Source of the DNA: Auanema rhodensis
Taxonomy: Eukaryota > Animalia > Nematoda
Assembly: GCA_964057225.1 (NCBI GenBank)
Contig: CAXKVF010000081.1
Coordinates: 124,001-188,000 of the forward strand
Length of the DNA: 64,000 nt
Direction: 5' to 3'
Every line of letters starts with the position of its first letter. Position 1 is the stretch's first letter. This document shows positions 42,001 to 58,600 of this stretch, one piece after another. The position numbers and the translations under genes were made by a program. Under the pieces are notes generated by a model that saw only the letters and a list, made by a program, of their open reading frames with translations, searched no databases and was not told where the DNA came from.

Positions 42001-44351
42001 AGGAATCTATTTTTGAAAACCGCATCTTTTTATCTTTCACGTGAAGCGAGTTACATACCAAGTGCACATCACGTGTACATTTAATTAGCATAAATTAAAG
42101 TTCACGTAAATTTCAAAGTCATGGTTACCATGAAGCAATATCAATAAAAATTTGTTTTTAGACTAATATGGACATGGGGAATCTAATTTTGAAAACCGCA
42201 TCTCTTTATCTTTCACGTGAAGCGAGTTACATACCAAGTGCACATCACGTGTACATTTAATTAGCATAAATTAAAGTTCACGTAAATTTCAAAGTCATGG
42301 TTACCATGAACCAATATCAATAAAAATTTGTTTTTAGACTAATATGGACATGGGGAATCTAATTGTGAAAACCGCATCTCTTTATCTTTCACGTGAAGCG
42401 AGTTACATACCAAGTGCACATCACGTGTACATTTAATTAGCATAAATTAAAGTTCACGTAAATTTCAAAGTCATGGTTACCATGAAGCAATATCAATAAA
42501 AATTTGTTTTTAGACTAATATGGACATGGGGAATCTAATTTTGAAAACCGCATCTCTTTATCTTTCACGTGAAGCGAGTTACATACCAAGTGCACATCAC
42601 GTGTACATTTAATTAGCATAAATTAAAGTTCACGTAAATTTCAAAGTCATGGTTACCATGAACCAATATCAATAAAAATTTGTTTTTAGACTAATATGGA
42701 CATGGGGAATCTAATTTTGAAAACCGCATCTCTTTATCTTTCACGTGAAGCGAGTTACATACCAAGTGCACATCACGTGTACATTTAATTAGCATAAATT
42801 AAAGTTCACGTAAATTTCAAAGTCATGGTTACCATGAACCAATATCAATAAAAATTTGTTTTTAGACTAATATGGACATGGGGAATCTAATTTTGAAAAC
42901 CGCATCTCTTTATCTTTCACGTGAAGCGAGTTACATACCAAGTGCACATCACGTGTACATTTAATTAGCATAAATTAAAGTTCACGTAAATTTCAAAGTC
43001 ATGGTTACCATGAACCAATATCAATAAAAATTTGTTTTTAGACTAATATGGACATGGGGAATCTAATTTTGAAAACCGCATTTCTTTATCTTTCACGTGA
43101 AGCGAGTTACATACCAAGTGCACATCACGTGTACATTTGATTAGCATAAATTAAAGTTCACGTAAATTTCAAAGTCATGGTTACCATGCACCAATATCAA
43201 TAAAAATTTGTTTTTAGACTAATATGGACATGGGGAATCTAATTTTGAAAACCGCATCTCTTTATCTTTCACGTGAAGCGAGTTACATACCAAGTGCACA
43301 TCACGTGTACATTTAATTAGCATAAATTAAAGTTCACGTAAATTTCAAAGTCATGGTTACCATGAACCAATATCAATAAAAATTTGTTTTTAGACTAATA
43401 TGGACATGGGGAATCTAATTTTGAAAACCGCATCTCTTTATCTTTCACGTGAAGCGAGTTACATACCAAGTGCACATCACGTGTACATTTGATTAGCATA
43501 AATTAAAGTTCACGTAAATTTCAAAGTCATGGTTACCATGAACCAATATCAATAAAAATTTGTTTTTAGACTAATATGGACATGGGGAATCTAATTTTGA
43601 AAACCGCATCTCTTTATCTTTCACGTGAAGCGAGTTACATACCAAGTGCACATCACGTGTACATTTAATTAGCATAAATTAAAGTTCACGTAAATTTCAA
43701 AGTCATGGTTACCATGAACCAATATCAATAAAAATTTGTTTTTAGACTAATATGGACATGAGGAATCTATTTTTGAAAACCGCATCTCTTTATCTTTCAC
43801 GTGAAGCGAGTTACATACCAAGTGCACATCACGTGTACATTTAATTAGCATAAATTAAAGTTCACGTAAATTTCAAAGTCATGGTTACCATGAAGCAATA
43901 TCAATAAAAATTTGTTTTTAGACTAATATGGACATGGGGAATCTAATTTTGAAAACCGCATCTCTTTATCTTTCACGTGAAGCGAGTTACATACCAAGTG
44001 CACATCACGTGTACATTTAATTAGCATAAATTAAAGTTCACGTAAATTTCAAAGTCATGGTTACCATGCACCAATATCAATAAAAATTTGTTTTTAGACT
44101 AATATGGACATGGGGAATCTAATTTTGAAAACCGCATCTCTTTATCTTTCACGTGAAGCGAGTTACATACCAAGTGCACATCACGTGTACATTTAATTAG
44201 CATAAATTAAAGTTCACGTAAATTTCAAAGTCATGGTTACCATGAACCAATATCAATAAAAATTTGTTTGTAGACTAATATGGACATGGGGAATCTAATT
44301 TTGAAAACCGCATCTCTTTATCTTTCACGTGAAGCGAGTTACATACCAAGT

Positions 44352-47300
44352 GCACATCACGTGTACAATTAATTAGCATAAATTAAAGTTCACGTAAATT
44401 TCAAAGTCATGGTTACCATGAACCAATATCAATAAAAATTTGTTTTTAGACTAATATGGACATGAGGAATCTATTTTTGAAAACCGCATCTCTTTATCTT
44501 TCACGTGAAGCGAGTTACATACCAAGTGCACATCACGTGTACATTTAATTAGCATAAATTAAAGTTCACGTAAATTTCAAAGTCATGGTTACCATGAAGC
44601 AATATCAATAAAAATTTGTTTTTAGACTAATATGGACATGGGGAATCTAATTTTGAAAACCGCATCTCTTTATCTTTCACGTGAAGCGAGTTACATACCA
44701 AGTGCACATCACGTGTACATTTAATTAGCATAAATTAAAGTTCACGTAAATTTCAAAGTCATGGTTACCATGAACCAATATCAATAAAAATTTGTTTTTA
44801 GACTAATATGGACATGGGGAATCTAATTTTGAAAACCGCATTTCTTTATCTTTCACGTGAAGCGAGTTACATACCAAGTGCACATCACGTGTACATTTAA
44901 TTAGCATAAATTAAAGTTCACGTAAATTTCAAAGTCATGGTTACCATGAACCAATATCAATAAAAATTTGTTTTTAGACTAATATGGACATGGGGAATCT
45001 AATTTTGAAAACCGCATTTCTTTATCTTTCACGTGAAGCGAGTTACACACCAAGTGCACATCACGTGTACATTTAATTAGCATAAATTTAAGTTCACGTA
45101 AATTTCAAAGTCATGGTTACCATGAACCAATATCAATAAAAATTTGTTTTTAGACTAATATGGACATGGGGAATCTAATTTTGAAAACCGCATCTCTTTA
45201 TCTTTCACGTGAAGCGAGTTACATACCAAGTGCACATCACGTGTACATTTAATTAGCATAAATTAAAGTTCACGTAAATTTCAAAGTCATGGTTACCATG
45301 AACCAATATCAATAAAAATTTGTTTTTAGACTAATATGGACATGGGGAATCTAATTTTGAAAACCGCATCTCTTTATCTTTCACGTGAAGCGAGTTACAT
45401 ACCAAGTGCACATCACGTGTACATTTAATTAGCATAAATTAAAGTTCACGTAAATTTCAAAGTCATGGTTACCATGAACCAATATCAATAAAAATTTGTT
45501 TTTAGACTAATATGGACATGAGGAATCTAATTTTGAAAACCGCATCTCTTTATCTTTCACGTGAAGCGAGTTACATACCAAGTGCACATCACGTGTACAT
45601 TTAATTAGCATAAATTAAAGTTCACGTAAATTTCAAAGTCATGGTTACCATGCACCAATATCAATAAAAATTTGTTTTTAGACTAATATGGACATGGGGA
45701 ATCTAATTTTGAAAACCGCATCTCTTTATCTTTCACGTGAAGCGAGTTACATACCAAGTGCACATCACGTGTACATTTAATTAGCATAGATTAAAGTTCA
45801 CGTAAATTTCAAAGTCATGGTTACCATGCACCAATATCAATAAAAATTTGTTTTTAGACTAATATGGACATGGGGAATCTAATTTTGAAAACCGCATCTC
45901 TTTATCTTTCACGTGAAGCGAGTTACATACCAAGTGCACATCACGTGTACATTTAATTAGCATAAATTTAAGTTCACGTAAATTTCAAAGTCATGGTTAC
46001 CATGAACCAATATCAATAAAAATTTGTTTTTAGACTAATATGGACATGGGGAATCTAATTTTGAAAACCGCATCTCTTTATCTTTCACGTGAAGCGAGTT
46101 ACATACCAAGTGCACATCACGTGTACATTTAATTAGCATAAATTAAAGTTCACGTAAATTTCAAAGTCATGGTTACCATGAACCAATATCAATAAAAATT
46201 TGTTTTTAGACTAATATGGACATGGGGAATCTAATTTTGAAAACCGCATCTCTTTATCTTTCACGTGAAGCGAGTTACATACCAAGTGCACATCACGTGT
46301 ACATTTAATTAGCATAAATTAAAGTTCACGTAAATTTCAAAGTCATGGTTACCATGAACCAATATCAATAAAAATTTGTTTTTAGACTAATATGGACATG
46401 GGGAATCTAATTTTGAAAACCGCATCTCTTTATCTTTCACGTGAAGCGAGTTACATACCAAGTGCACATCACGTGTACATTTAATTAGCATAAATTAAAG
46501 TTCACGTAAATTTCAAAGTCATGGTTACCATGAACCAATATCAATAAAAATTTGTTTTTAGACTAATATGGACATGAGGAATCTATTTTTGAAAACCGCA
46601 TCTCTTTATCTTTCACGTGAAGCGAGTTACATACCAAGTGCACATCACGTGTACATTTAATTAGCATAAATTAAAGTTCACGTAAATTTCAAAGTCATGG
46701 TTACCATGAAGCAATATCAATAAAAATTTGTTTTTAGACTAATATGGACATGGGGAATCTAATTTTGAAAACCGCATCTCTTTATCTTTCACGTGAAGCG
46801 AGTTACATACCAAGTGCACATCACGTGTACATTTAATTAGCATAAATTAAAGTTCACGTAAATTTCAAAGTCATGGTTACCATGCACCAATATCAATAAA
46901 AATTTGTTTTTAGACTAATATGGACATGGGGAATCTAATTTTGAAAACCGCATCTCTTTATCTTTCACGTGAAGCGAGTTACATACCAAGTGCACATCAC
47001 GTGTACATTTAATTAGCATAAATTAAAGTTCACGTAAATTTCAAAGTCATGGTTACCATGAACCAATATCAATAAAAATTTGTTTTTAGACTAATATGGA
47101 CATGAGGAATCTATTTTTGAAAACCGCATCTCTTTATCTTTCACGTGAAGCGAGTTACATACCAAGTGCACATCACGTGTACATTTAATTAGCATAAATT
47201 AAAGTTCACGTAAATTTCAAAGTCATGGTTACCATGAAGCAATATCAATAAAAATTTGTTTTTAGACTAATATGGACATGGGGAATCTAATTTTGAAAAC

Positions 47301-49631
47301 CGCATCTCTTTATCTTTCACGTGAAGCGAGTTACATACCAAGTGCACATCACGTGTACATTTAATTAGCATAAATTAAAGTTCACGTAAATTTCAAAGTC
47401 ATGGTTACCATGAACCAATATCAATAAAAATTTGTTTTTAGACTAATATGGACATGGGGAATCTAATTTTGAAAACCGCATTTCTTTATCTTTCACGTGA
47501 AGCGAGTTACATACCAAGTGCACATCACGTGTACATTTAATTAGCATAAATTAAAGTTCACGTAAATTTCAAAGTCATGGTTACCATGAACCAATATCAA
47601 TAAAAATTTGTTTTTAGACTAATATGGACATGGGGAATCTAATTTTGAAAACCGCATTTCTTTATCTTTCACGTGAAGCGAGTTACATACCAAGTGCACA
47701 TCACGTGTACATTTAATTAGCATAAATTTAAGTTCACGTAAATTTCAAAGTCATGGTTACCATGAACCAATATCAATAAAAATTTGTTTTTAGACTAATA
47801 TGGACATGGGGAATCTAATTTTGAAAACCGCATCTCTTTATCTTTCACGTGAAGCGAGTTACATACCAAGTGCACATCACGTGTACATTTAATTAGCATA
47901 AATTAAAGTTCACGTAAATTTCAAAGTCATGGTTACCATGAACCAATATCAATAAAAATTTGTTTTTAGACTAATATGGACATGGGGAATCTAATTTTGA
48001 AAACCGCATCTCTTTATCTTTCACGTGAAGCGAGTTACATACCAAGTGCACATCACGTGTACATTTAATTAGCATAAATTAAAGTTCACGTAAATTTCAA
48101 AGTCATGGTTACCATGAACCAATATCAATAAAAATTTGTTTTTAGACTAATATGGACATGAGGAATCTAATTTTGAAAACCGCATCTCTTTATCTTTCAC
48201 GTGAAGCGAGTTACATACCAAGTGCACATCACGTGTACATTTAATTAGCATAAATTAAAGTTCACGTAAATTTCAAAGTCATGGTTACCATGCACCAATA
48301 TCAATAAAAATTTGTTTTTAGACTAATATGGACATGGGGAATCTAATTTTGAAAACCGCATCTTTTTATCTTTCACGTGAAGCGAGTTACATACCAAGTG
48401 CACATCACGTGTACATTTAATTAGCATAGATTAAAGTTCACGTAAATTTCAAAGTCATGGTTACCATGCACCAATATCAATAAAAATTTGTTTTTAGACT
48501 AATATGGACATGGGGAATCTAATTTTGAAAACCGCATCTCTTTATCTTTCACGTGAAGCGAGTTACATACCAAGTGCACATCACGTGTACATTTAATTAG
48601 CATAAATTTAAGTTCACGTAAATTTCAAAGTCATGGTTACCATGAACCAATATCAATAAAAATTTGTTTTTAGACTAATATGGACATGGGGAATCTAATT
48701 TTGAAAACCGCATCTCTTTATCTTTCACGTGAAGCGAGTTACATACCAAGTGCACATCACGTGTACATTTAATTAGCATAAATTAAAGTTCACGTAAATT
48801 TCAAAGTCATGGTTACCATGAACCAATATCAATAAAAATTTGTTTTTAGACTAATATGGACATGGGGAATCTAATTTTGAAAACCGCATCTCTTTATCTT
48901 TCACGTGAAGCGAGTTACATACCAAGTGCACATCACGTGTACATTTAATTAGCATAAATTAAAGTTCACGTAAATTTCAAAGTCATGGTTACCATGAACC
49001 AATATCAATAAAAATTTGTTTTTAGACTAATATGGACATGAGGAATCTAATTTTGAAAACCGCATCTCTTTATCTTTCACGTGAAGCGAGTTACATACCA
49101 AGTGCACATCACGTGTACATTTAATTAGCATAAATTAAAGTTCACGTAAATTTCAAAGTCATGGTTACCATGCACCAATATCAATAAAAATTTGTTTTTA
49201 GACTAATATGGACATGGGGAATCTAATTTTGAAAACCGCATCTCTTTATCTTTCACGTGAAGCGAGTTACATACCAAGTGCACATCACGTGTACATTTAA
49301 TTAGCATAGATTAAAGTTCACGTAAATTTCAAAGTCATGGTTACCATGCACCAATATCAATAAAAATTTGTTTTTAGACTAATATGGACATGGGGAATCT
49401 AATTTTGAAAACCGCATCTCTTTATCTTTCACGTGAAGCGAGTTACATACCAAGTGCACATCACGTGTACATTTAATTAGCATAAATTTAAGTTCACGTA
49501 AATTTCAAAGTCATGGTTACCATGAACCAATATCAATAAAAATTTGTTTTTAGACTAATATGGACATGGGGAATCTAATTTTGAAAACCGCATCTCTTTA
49601 TCTTTCACGTGAAGCGAGTTACATACCAAGT
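44352..49631. repeat. Block duplication at 15-monomer offset (2640 bp) containing a 5-mer higher-order repeat
   Basis: Monomers 44352-46287 match 46992-48927 (TGAGG+CTATTT, GAAGC, two CATTTC, AAATTTA, TGAGG, CATAGAT); the 5-mer [AAATTTA][A][TGAGG][C][CATAGAT] starts at 45056, 47696 and 48576. Confidence 0.85.
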
Positions 49632-52600
49632 GCACATCACGTGTACATTTAATTAGCATAAATTAAAGTTCACGTAAATTTCAAAGTCATGGTTACCATG
49701 AACCAATATCAATAAAAATTTGTTTTTAGACTAATATGGACATGGGGAATCTAATTTTGAAAACCGCATCTCTTTATCTTTCACGTGAAGCGAGTTACAT
49801 ACCAAGTGCACATCACGTGTACATTTAATTAGCATAAATTAAAGTTCACGTAAATTTCAAAGTCATGGTTACCATGAACCAATATCAATAAAAATTTGTT
49901 TTTAGACTAATATGGACATGGGGAATCTAATTTTGAAAACCGCATCTCTTTATCTTTCACGTGAAGCGAGTTACATACCAAGTGCACATCACGTGTACAT
50001 TTAATTAGCATAGATTAAAGTTCACGTAAATTTCAAAGTCATGGTTACCATGCACCAATATCAATAAAAATTTGTTTTTAGACTAATATGGACATGGGGA
50101 ATCTAATTTTGAAAACCGCATCTCTTTATCTTTCACGTGAAGCGAGTTACATACCAAGTGCACATCACGTGTACATTTAATTAGCATAAATTTAAGTTCA
50201 CGTAAATTTCAAAGTCATGGTTACCATGAACCAATATCAATAAAAATTTGTTTTTAGACTAATATGGACATGGGGAATCTAATTTTGAAAACCGCATCTC
50301 TTTATCTTTCACGTGAAGCGAGTTACATACCAAGTGCACATCACGTGTACATTTAATTAGCATAAATTAAAGTTCACGTAAATTTCAAAGTCATGGTTAC
50401 CATGAACCAATATCAATAAAAATTTGTTTTTAGACTAATATGGACATGGGGAATCTAATTTTGAAAACCGCATCTCTTTATCTTTCACGTGAAGCGAGTT
50501 ACATACCAAGTGCACATCACGTGTACATTTAATTAGCATAAATTAAAGTTCACGTAAACTTCAAAGTCATGGTTACCATGCACCAATATCAATAAAAATT
50601 TGTTTTTAGACTAATATGGACATGGGGAATCTAATTTTGAAAACCGCATCTCTTTATCTTTCACGTGAAGCGAGTTACATACCAAGTGCACATCACGTGT
50701 ACATTTAATTAGCATAAATTAAAGTTCACGTAAATTTCAAAGTCATGGTTACCATGAACCAATATCAATAAAAATTTGTTTTTAGACTAATATGGACATG
50801 GGGAATCTAATTTTGAAAACCGCATCTCTTTATCTTTCACGTGAAGCGAGTTACATACCAAGTGCACATCACGTGTACATTTAATTAGCATAAATTAAAG
50901 TTCACGTAAATTTCAAAGTCATGGTTACCATGAAGCAATATCAATAAAAATTTGTTTTTAGACTAATATGGACATGGGGAATCTAATTTTGAAAACCGCA
51001 TCTCTTTATCTTTCACGTGAAGCGAGTTACATACCAAGTGCACATCACGTGTACATTTAATTAGCATAAATTAAAGTTCACGTAAATTTCAAAGTCATGG
51101 TTACCATGAACCAATATCAATAAAAATTTGTTTTTAGACTAATATGGAAATGGGGAATCTAATTTTGAAAACCGCATCTCTTTATCTTTCACGTGAAGCG
51201 AGTTACATACCAAGTGCACATCACGTGTACATTTAATTAGCATAAATTGAAGTTCACGTAAATTTCAAAGTCATGGTTACCATGAACCAATATCAATAAA
51301 AATTTGTTTTTAGACTAATATGGACATGGAGAATCTAATTTTGAAAACTGCATCTCTTTATCTTTCACGTGAAGCGAGTTACATACCAAGTGCACATCAC
51401 GTGTACATTTAATTAGCATAAATTAAAGTTCACGTAAATTTCAAAGTCATGGTTACCATGAAGCAATATCAATAAAAATTTGTTTTTAGACTAATATGGA
51501 CATGGGGAATCTAATTTTGAAAACCGCATCTCTTTATCTTTCACGTGAAGCGAGTTACATACCAAGTGCACATCACGTGTACATTTAATTAGCATAAATT
51601 AAAGTTCACGTAAATTTCAAAGTCATGGTTACCATGAACCAATATCAATAAAAATTTGTTTTTAGACTAATATGGACATGGGGAATCTATTTTTGAAAAC
51701 CGCATCTCTTTATCTTTCACATGAAGCGAGTTACATACCAAGTGCACATCACGTGTTCATTTAATTAGCATAAATTAAAGTTCACGTAAATTTCAAAGTC
51801 ATGGTTACCATGAAGCAATATCAATAAAAATTTGTTTTTAGACTAATATGGACATGGGGAATCTAATTTTGAAAACCGCATCTCTTTATCTTTCACGTGA
51901 AGCGAGTTACATACCAAGTGCACATCACGTGTACATTTAATTAGCATAAATTAAAGTTCACGTAAATTTCAAAGTCATGGTTACCATGAACCAATATCAA
52001 TAAAAATTTGTTTTTAGACTAATATGGACATGGGGAATCTAATTTTGAAAACCGCATCTCTTTATCTTTCACGTGAAGCGAGTTACATACCAAGTGCACA
52101 TCACGTGTACATTTAATTAGCATAAATTAAAGTTCACGTAAATTTCAAAGTCATGGTTACCATGAACCAATATCAATAAAAATTTGTTTTTAGACTAATA
52201 TGGACATGGGGAATCTAATTTTGAAAACCGCATCTCTTTATCTTTCACGTGAAGCGAGTTACATACCAAGTGCACATCACGTGTACATTTAATTAGCATA
52301 AATTAAAGTTCACGTAAATTTCAAAGTCATGGTTACCATGAACCAATATCAATAAAAATTTGTTTTTAGACTAATATGGACATGGGGAATCTAATTTTGA
52401 AAACCGCATCTCTTTATCTTTCACGTGAAGCGAGTTACATACCAAGTGCACATCACGTGTACATTTAATTAGCATAAATTAAAGTTCACGTAAATTTCAA
52501 AGTCATGGTTACCATGAACCAATATCAATAAAAATTTGTTTTTAGACTAATATGGACATGGGGAATCTAATTTTGAAAACCGCATTTCTTTATCTTTCAC

Positions 52601-55600
52601 GTGAAGCGAGTTACATACCAAGTGCACATCACGTGTACATTTAATTAGCATAAATTAAAGTTCACGTAAATTTCAAAGTCATGGTTACCATGCACCAATA
52701 TCAATAAAAATTTGTTTTTAGACTAATATGGACATGGGGAATCTAATTTTGAAAACCGCATCTCTTTATCTTTCACGTGAAGCGAGTTACATACCAAGTG
52801 CACATCACGTGTACATTTAATTAGCATAAATTAAAGTTCACGTAAATTTCAAAGTCATGGTTACCATGAAGCAATATCAATAAAAATTTGTTTTTAGACT
52901 AATATGGACATGGGGAATCTAATTTTGAAAACCGCATCTCTTTATCTTTCACGTGAAGCGAGTTACATACCAAGTGCACATCACGTGTACATTTAATTAG
53001 CATAAATTAAAGTTCACGTAAATTTCAAAGTCATGGTTACCATGAACCAATATCAATAAAAATTTGTTTTTAGACTAATATGGACATGGGGAATCTAATT
53101 GTGAAAACCGCATCTCTTTATCTTTCACGTGAAGCGAGTTACATACCAAGTGCACATCACGTGTACATTTAATTAGCATAAATTAAAGTTCACGTAAATT
53201 TCAAAGTCATGGTTACCATGAAGCAATATCAATAAAAATTTGTTTTTAGACTAATATGGACATGGGGAATCTAATTTTGAAAACCGCATCTCTTTATCTT
53301 TCATGTGAAGCGAGTTACATACCAAGTGCACATCACGTGTACATTTAATTAGCATAAATTAAAGTTCACGTAAATTTCAAAGTCATGGTTACCATGAACC
53401 AATATCAATAAAAATTTGTTTTTAGACTAATATGGACATGGGGAATCTAATTTTGAAAACCGCATCTCTTTATCTTTCACGTGAAGCGAGTTACATACCA
53501 AGTGCACATCACGTGTACATTTAATTAGCATAAATTAAAGTTCACGTAAATTTCAAAGTCATGGTTACCATGAACCAATATCAATAAAAATTTGTTTTTA
53601 GACTAATATGGACATGGGGAATCTAATTTTGAAAACCGCATCTCTTTATCTTTCACGTGAAGCGAGTTACATACCAAGTGCACATCACGTGTACATTTAA
53701 TTAGCATAAATTAAAGTTCACGTAAATTTCAAAGTCATGGTTACCATGAACCAATATCAATAAAAATTTGTTTTTAGACTAATATGGACATGGGGAATCT
53801 AATTTTGAAAACCGCATTTCTTTATCTTTCACGTGAAGCGAGTTACATACCAAGTGCACATCACGTGTACATTTAATTAGCATAAATTAAAGTTCACGTA
53901 AATTTCAAAGTCATGGTTACCATGAACCAATATCAATAAAAATTTGTTTTTAGACTAATATGGACATGGGGAATCTAATTTTGAAAACCGCATCTCTTTA
54001 TCTTTCACGTGAAGCGAGTTACATACCAAGTGCACATCACGTGTACATTTAATTAGCATAAATTAAAGTTCACGTAAATTTCAAAGTCATGGTTACCATG
54101 AACCAATATCAATAAAAATTTGTTTTTAGACTAATATGGACATGGGTAATCTAATTTTGAAAACCGCATCTCTTTATCTTTCACGTGAAGCGAGTTACAT
54201 ACCAAGTGCACATCACGTGTACATTTAATTAGCATAAATTAAAGTTCACGTAAATTTCAAAGTCATGGTTACCATGCACCAATATCAATAAAAATTTGTT
54301 TTTAGACTAATATGGACATGGGGAATCTAATTTTGAAAACTGAATCTCTTTATCTTTCACGTGAAGCGAGTTACATACCAAGTGCACATCACGTGTACAT
54401 TTAATTAGCATAAATTAAAGTTCACGTAAATTTCAAAGTCATGGTTACCATGAAGCAATATCAATAAAAATTTGTTTTTAGACTAATATGGACATGGGGA
54501 ATCTAATTTTGAAAACCGCATCTCTTTATCTTTCACGTGAAGCGAGTTACATACCAAGTGCACATCACGTGTACATTTAATTAGCATAAATTAAAGTTCA
54601 CGTAAATTTCAAAGTCATGGTTACCATGAAGCAATATCAATAAAAATTTGTTTTTAGACTAATATGGACATGGGGAATCTAATTTTGAAAACCGCATCTC
54701 TTTATCTTTCACGTGAAGCGAGTTACATACCAAGTGCACATCACGTGTACATTTAATTAGCATAAATTAAAGTTCACGTAAATTTCAAAGTCATGGTTAC
54801 CATGAACCAATATCAATAAAAATTTGTTTTTAGACTAATATGGACATGGGGAATCTAATTGTGAAAACCGCATCTCTTTATCTTTCACGTGAAGCGAGTT
54901 ACATACCAAGTGCACATCACGTGTACATTTAATTAGCATAAATTAAAGTTCACGTAAATTTCAAAGTCATGGTTACCATGAAGCAATATCAATAAAAATT
55001 TGTTTTTAGACTAATATGGACATGGGGAATCTAATTTTGAAAACCGCATCTCTTTATCTTTCACGTGAAGCGAGTTACATACCAAGTGCACATCACGTGT
55101 ACATTTAATTAGCATAAATTAAAGTTCACGTAAATTTCAAAGTCATGGTTACCATGAAGCAATATCAATAAAAATTTGTTTTTAGACTAATATGGACATG
55201 GGGAATCTAATTTTGAAAACCGCATCTCTTTATCTTTCACGTGAAGCGAGTTACATACCACGTGCACATCACGTGTACATTTAATTAGCATAAATTAAAG
55301 TTCACGTAAATTTCAAAGTCATGGTTACCATGAACCAATATCAATAAAAATTTGTTTTTAGACTAATATGGACATGGGGAATCTAATTGTGAAAACCGCA
55401 TCTCTTTATCTTTCACGTGAAGCGAGTTACATACCAAGTGCACATCACGTGTACATTTAATTAGCATAAATTAAAGTTCACGTAAATTTCAAAGTCATGG
55501 TTACCATGAAGCAATATCAATAAAAATTTGTTTTTAGACTAATATGGACATGGGGAATCTAATTTTGAAAACCGCATCTCTTTATCTTTCACGTGAAGCG

Positions 55601-58600
55601 AGTTACATACCAAGTGCACATCACGTGTACATTTAATTAGCATAAATTAAAGTTCACGTAAATTTCAAAGTCATGGTTACCATGAACCAATATCAATAAA
55701 AATTTGTTTTTAGACTAATATGGACATGGGGAATCTAATTTTGAAAACCGCATCTCTTTATCTTTCACGTGAAGCGAGTTACATACCAAGTGCACATCAC
55801 GTGTTCATTTAATTAGCATAAATTAAAGTTCACGTAAATTTCAAAGTCATGGTTACCATGCACCAATATCAATAAAAATTTGTTTTTAGACTAATATGGA
55901 CATGGGGAATCTAATTTTGAAAACCGCATCTCTTTATCTTTCACGTGAAGCGAGTTACATACCACGTGCACATCACGTGTACATTTAATTAGCATAAATT
56001 AAAGTTCACGTAAATTTCAAAGTCATGGTTACCATGAAGCAATATCAATAAAAATTTGTTTTTAGACTAATATGGACATGGGGAATCTAATTTTGAAAAC
56101 CGCATCTCTTTATCTTTCACGTGAAGCGAGTTACATACCAAGTGCACATCACGTGTACATTTAATTAGCATAAATTAAAGTTCACGTAAATTTCAAAGTC
56201 ATGGTTACCATGAACCAATATCAATAAAAATTTGTTTTTAGACTAATATGGACATGGGGAATCTAATTGTGAAAACCGCATCTCTTTATCTTTCACGTGA
56301 AGCGAGTTACATACCAAGTGCACATCACGTGTACATTTAATTAGCATAAATTAAAGTTCACGTAAATTTCAAAGTCATGGTTACCATGAACCAATATCAA
56401 TAAAAATTTGTTTTTAGACTAATATGGACATGGGGAATCTAATTTTGAAAACCGCATCTCTTTATCTTTCACGTGAAGCGAGTTACATACCAAGTGCACA
56501 TCACGTGTACATTTAATTAGCATAAATTAAAGTTCACGTAAATTTCAAAGTCATGGTTACCATGAACCAATATCAATAAAAATTTGTTTTTAGACTAATA
56601 TGGACATGGGGAATCTAATTTTGAAAACCGCATTTCTTTATCTTTCACGTGAAGCGAGTTACATACCAAGTGCACATCACGTGTACATTTAATTAGCATA
56701 AATTAAAGTTCACGTAAATTTCAAAGTCATGGTTACCATGAAGCAATATCAATAAAAATTTGTTTTTAGACTAATATGGACATGGGGAATCTAATTTTGA
56801 AAACCGCATCTCTTTATCTTTCACGTGAAGCGAGTTACATACCAAGTGCACATCACGTGTACATTTAATTAGCATAAATTAAAGTTCACGTAAATTTCAA
56901 AGTCATGGTTACCATGAACCAATATCAATAAAAATTTGTTTTTAGACTAATATGGACATGGGGAATCTAATTTTGAAAACCGCATCTCTTTATCTTTCAC
57001 GTGAAGCGAGTTACATACCAAGTGCACATCACGTGTACATTTAATTAGCATAAATTAAAGTTCACGTAAATTTCAAAGTCATGGTTACCATGAACCAATA
57101 TCAATAAAAATTTGTTTTTAGACTAATATGGACATGGGGAATCTAATTTTGAAAACCGCATCTCTTTATCTTTCACGTGAAGCGAGTTACATACCAAGTG
57201 CACATCACGTGTACATTTAATTAGCATAAATTAAAGTTCACGTAAATTTCAAAGTCATGGTTACCATGCACCAATATCAATAAAAATTTGTTTTTAGACT
57301 AATATGGACATGGGGAATCTAATTTTGAAAACCGAATCTCTTTATCTTTCACGTGAAGCGAGTTACATACCAAGTGCACATCACGTGTACATTTAATTAG
57401 CATAAATTAAAGTTCACGTAAATTTCAAAGTCATGGTTACCATGAACCAATATCAATAAAAATTTGTTTTTAGACTAATATGGACATGGGGAATCTAATT
57501 TTGAAAACCGCATCTCTTTATCTTTCACGTGAAGCGAGTTACATACCAAGTGCACATCACGTGTACATTTAATTAGCATAAATTAAAGTTCACGTAAATT
57601 TCAAAGTCATGGTTACCATGAAGCAATATCAATAAAAATTTGTTTTTAGACTAATATGGACATGGGGAATCTAATTTTGAAAACCGCATCTCTTTATCTT
57701 TCACGTGAAGCGAGTTACATACCAAGTGCACATCACGTGTACATTTAATTAGCATAAATTAAAGTTCACGTAAATTTCAAAGTCATGGTTACCATGAAGC
57801 AATATCAATAAAAATTTGTTTTTAGACTAATATGGACATGGGGAATCTAATTTTGAAAACCGCATCTCTTTATCTTTCATGTGAAGCGAGTTACATACCA
57901 AGTGCACATCACGTGTACATTTAATTAGCATAAATTAAAGTTCACGTAAATTTCAAAGTCATGGTTACCATGAACCAATATCAATAAAAATTTGTTTTTA
58001 GACTAATATGGACATGGGGAATCTAATTTTGAAAACCGCATCTCTTTATCTTTCACGTGAAGCGAGTTACATACCAAGTGCACATCACGTGTACATTTAA
58101 TTAGCATAAATTAAAGTTCACGTAAATTTCAAAGTCATGGTTACCATGCACCAATATCAATAAAAATTTGTTTTTAGACTAATATGGACATGGGGAATCT
58201 AATTTTGAAAACCGCATCTCTTTATCTTTCACGTGAAGCGAGTTACATACCAAGTGCATATCACGTGTACATTTAATTAGCATAAATTAAAGTTCACGTA
58301 AATTTCAAAGTCATGGTTACCATGAACCAATATCAATAAAAATTTGTTTTTAGACTAATATGGACATGGGGAATCTAATTTTGAAAACCGCATCTCTTTA
58401 TCTTTCACGTGAAGCGAGTTACATACCAAGTGCACATCACGTGTACATTTAATTAGCATAAATTAAAGTTCACGTAAATTTCAAAGTCATGGTTACCATG
58501 AACCAATATCAATAAAAATTTGTTTTTAGACTAATATGGACATGGGGAATCTAATTTTGAAAACCGCATCTCTTTATCTTTCACGTGAAGCGAGTTACAT

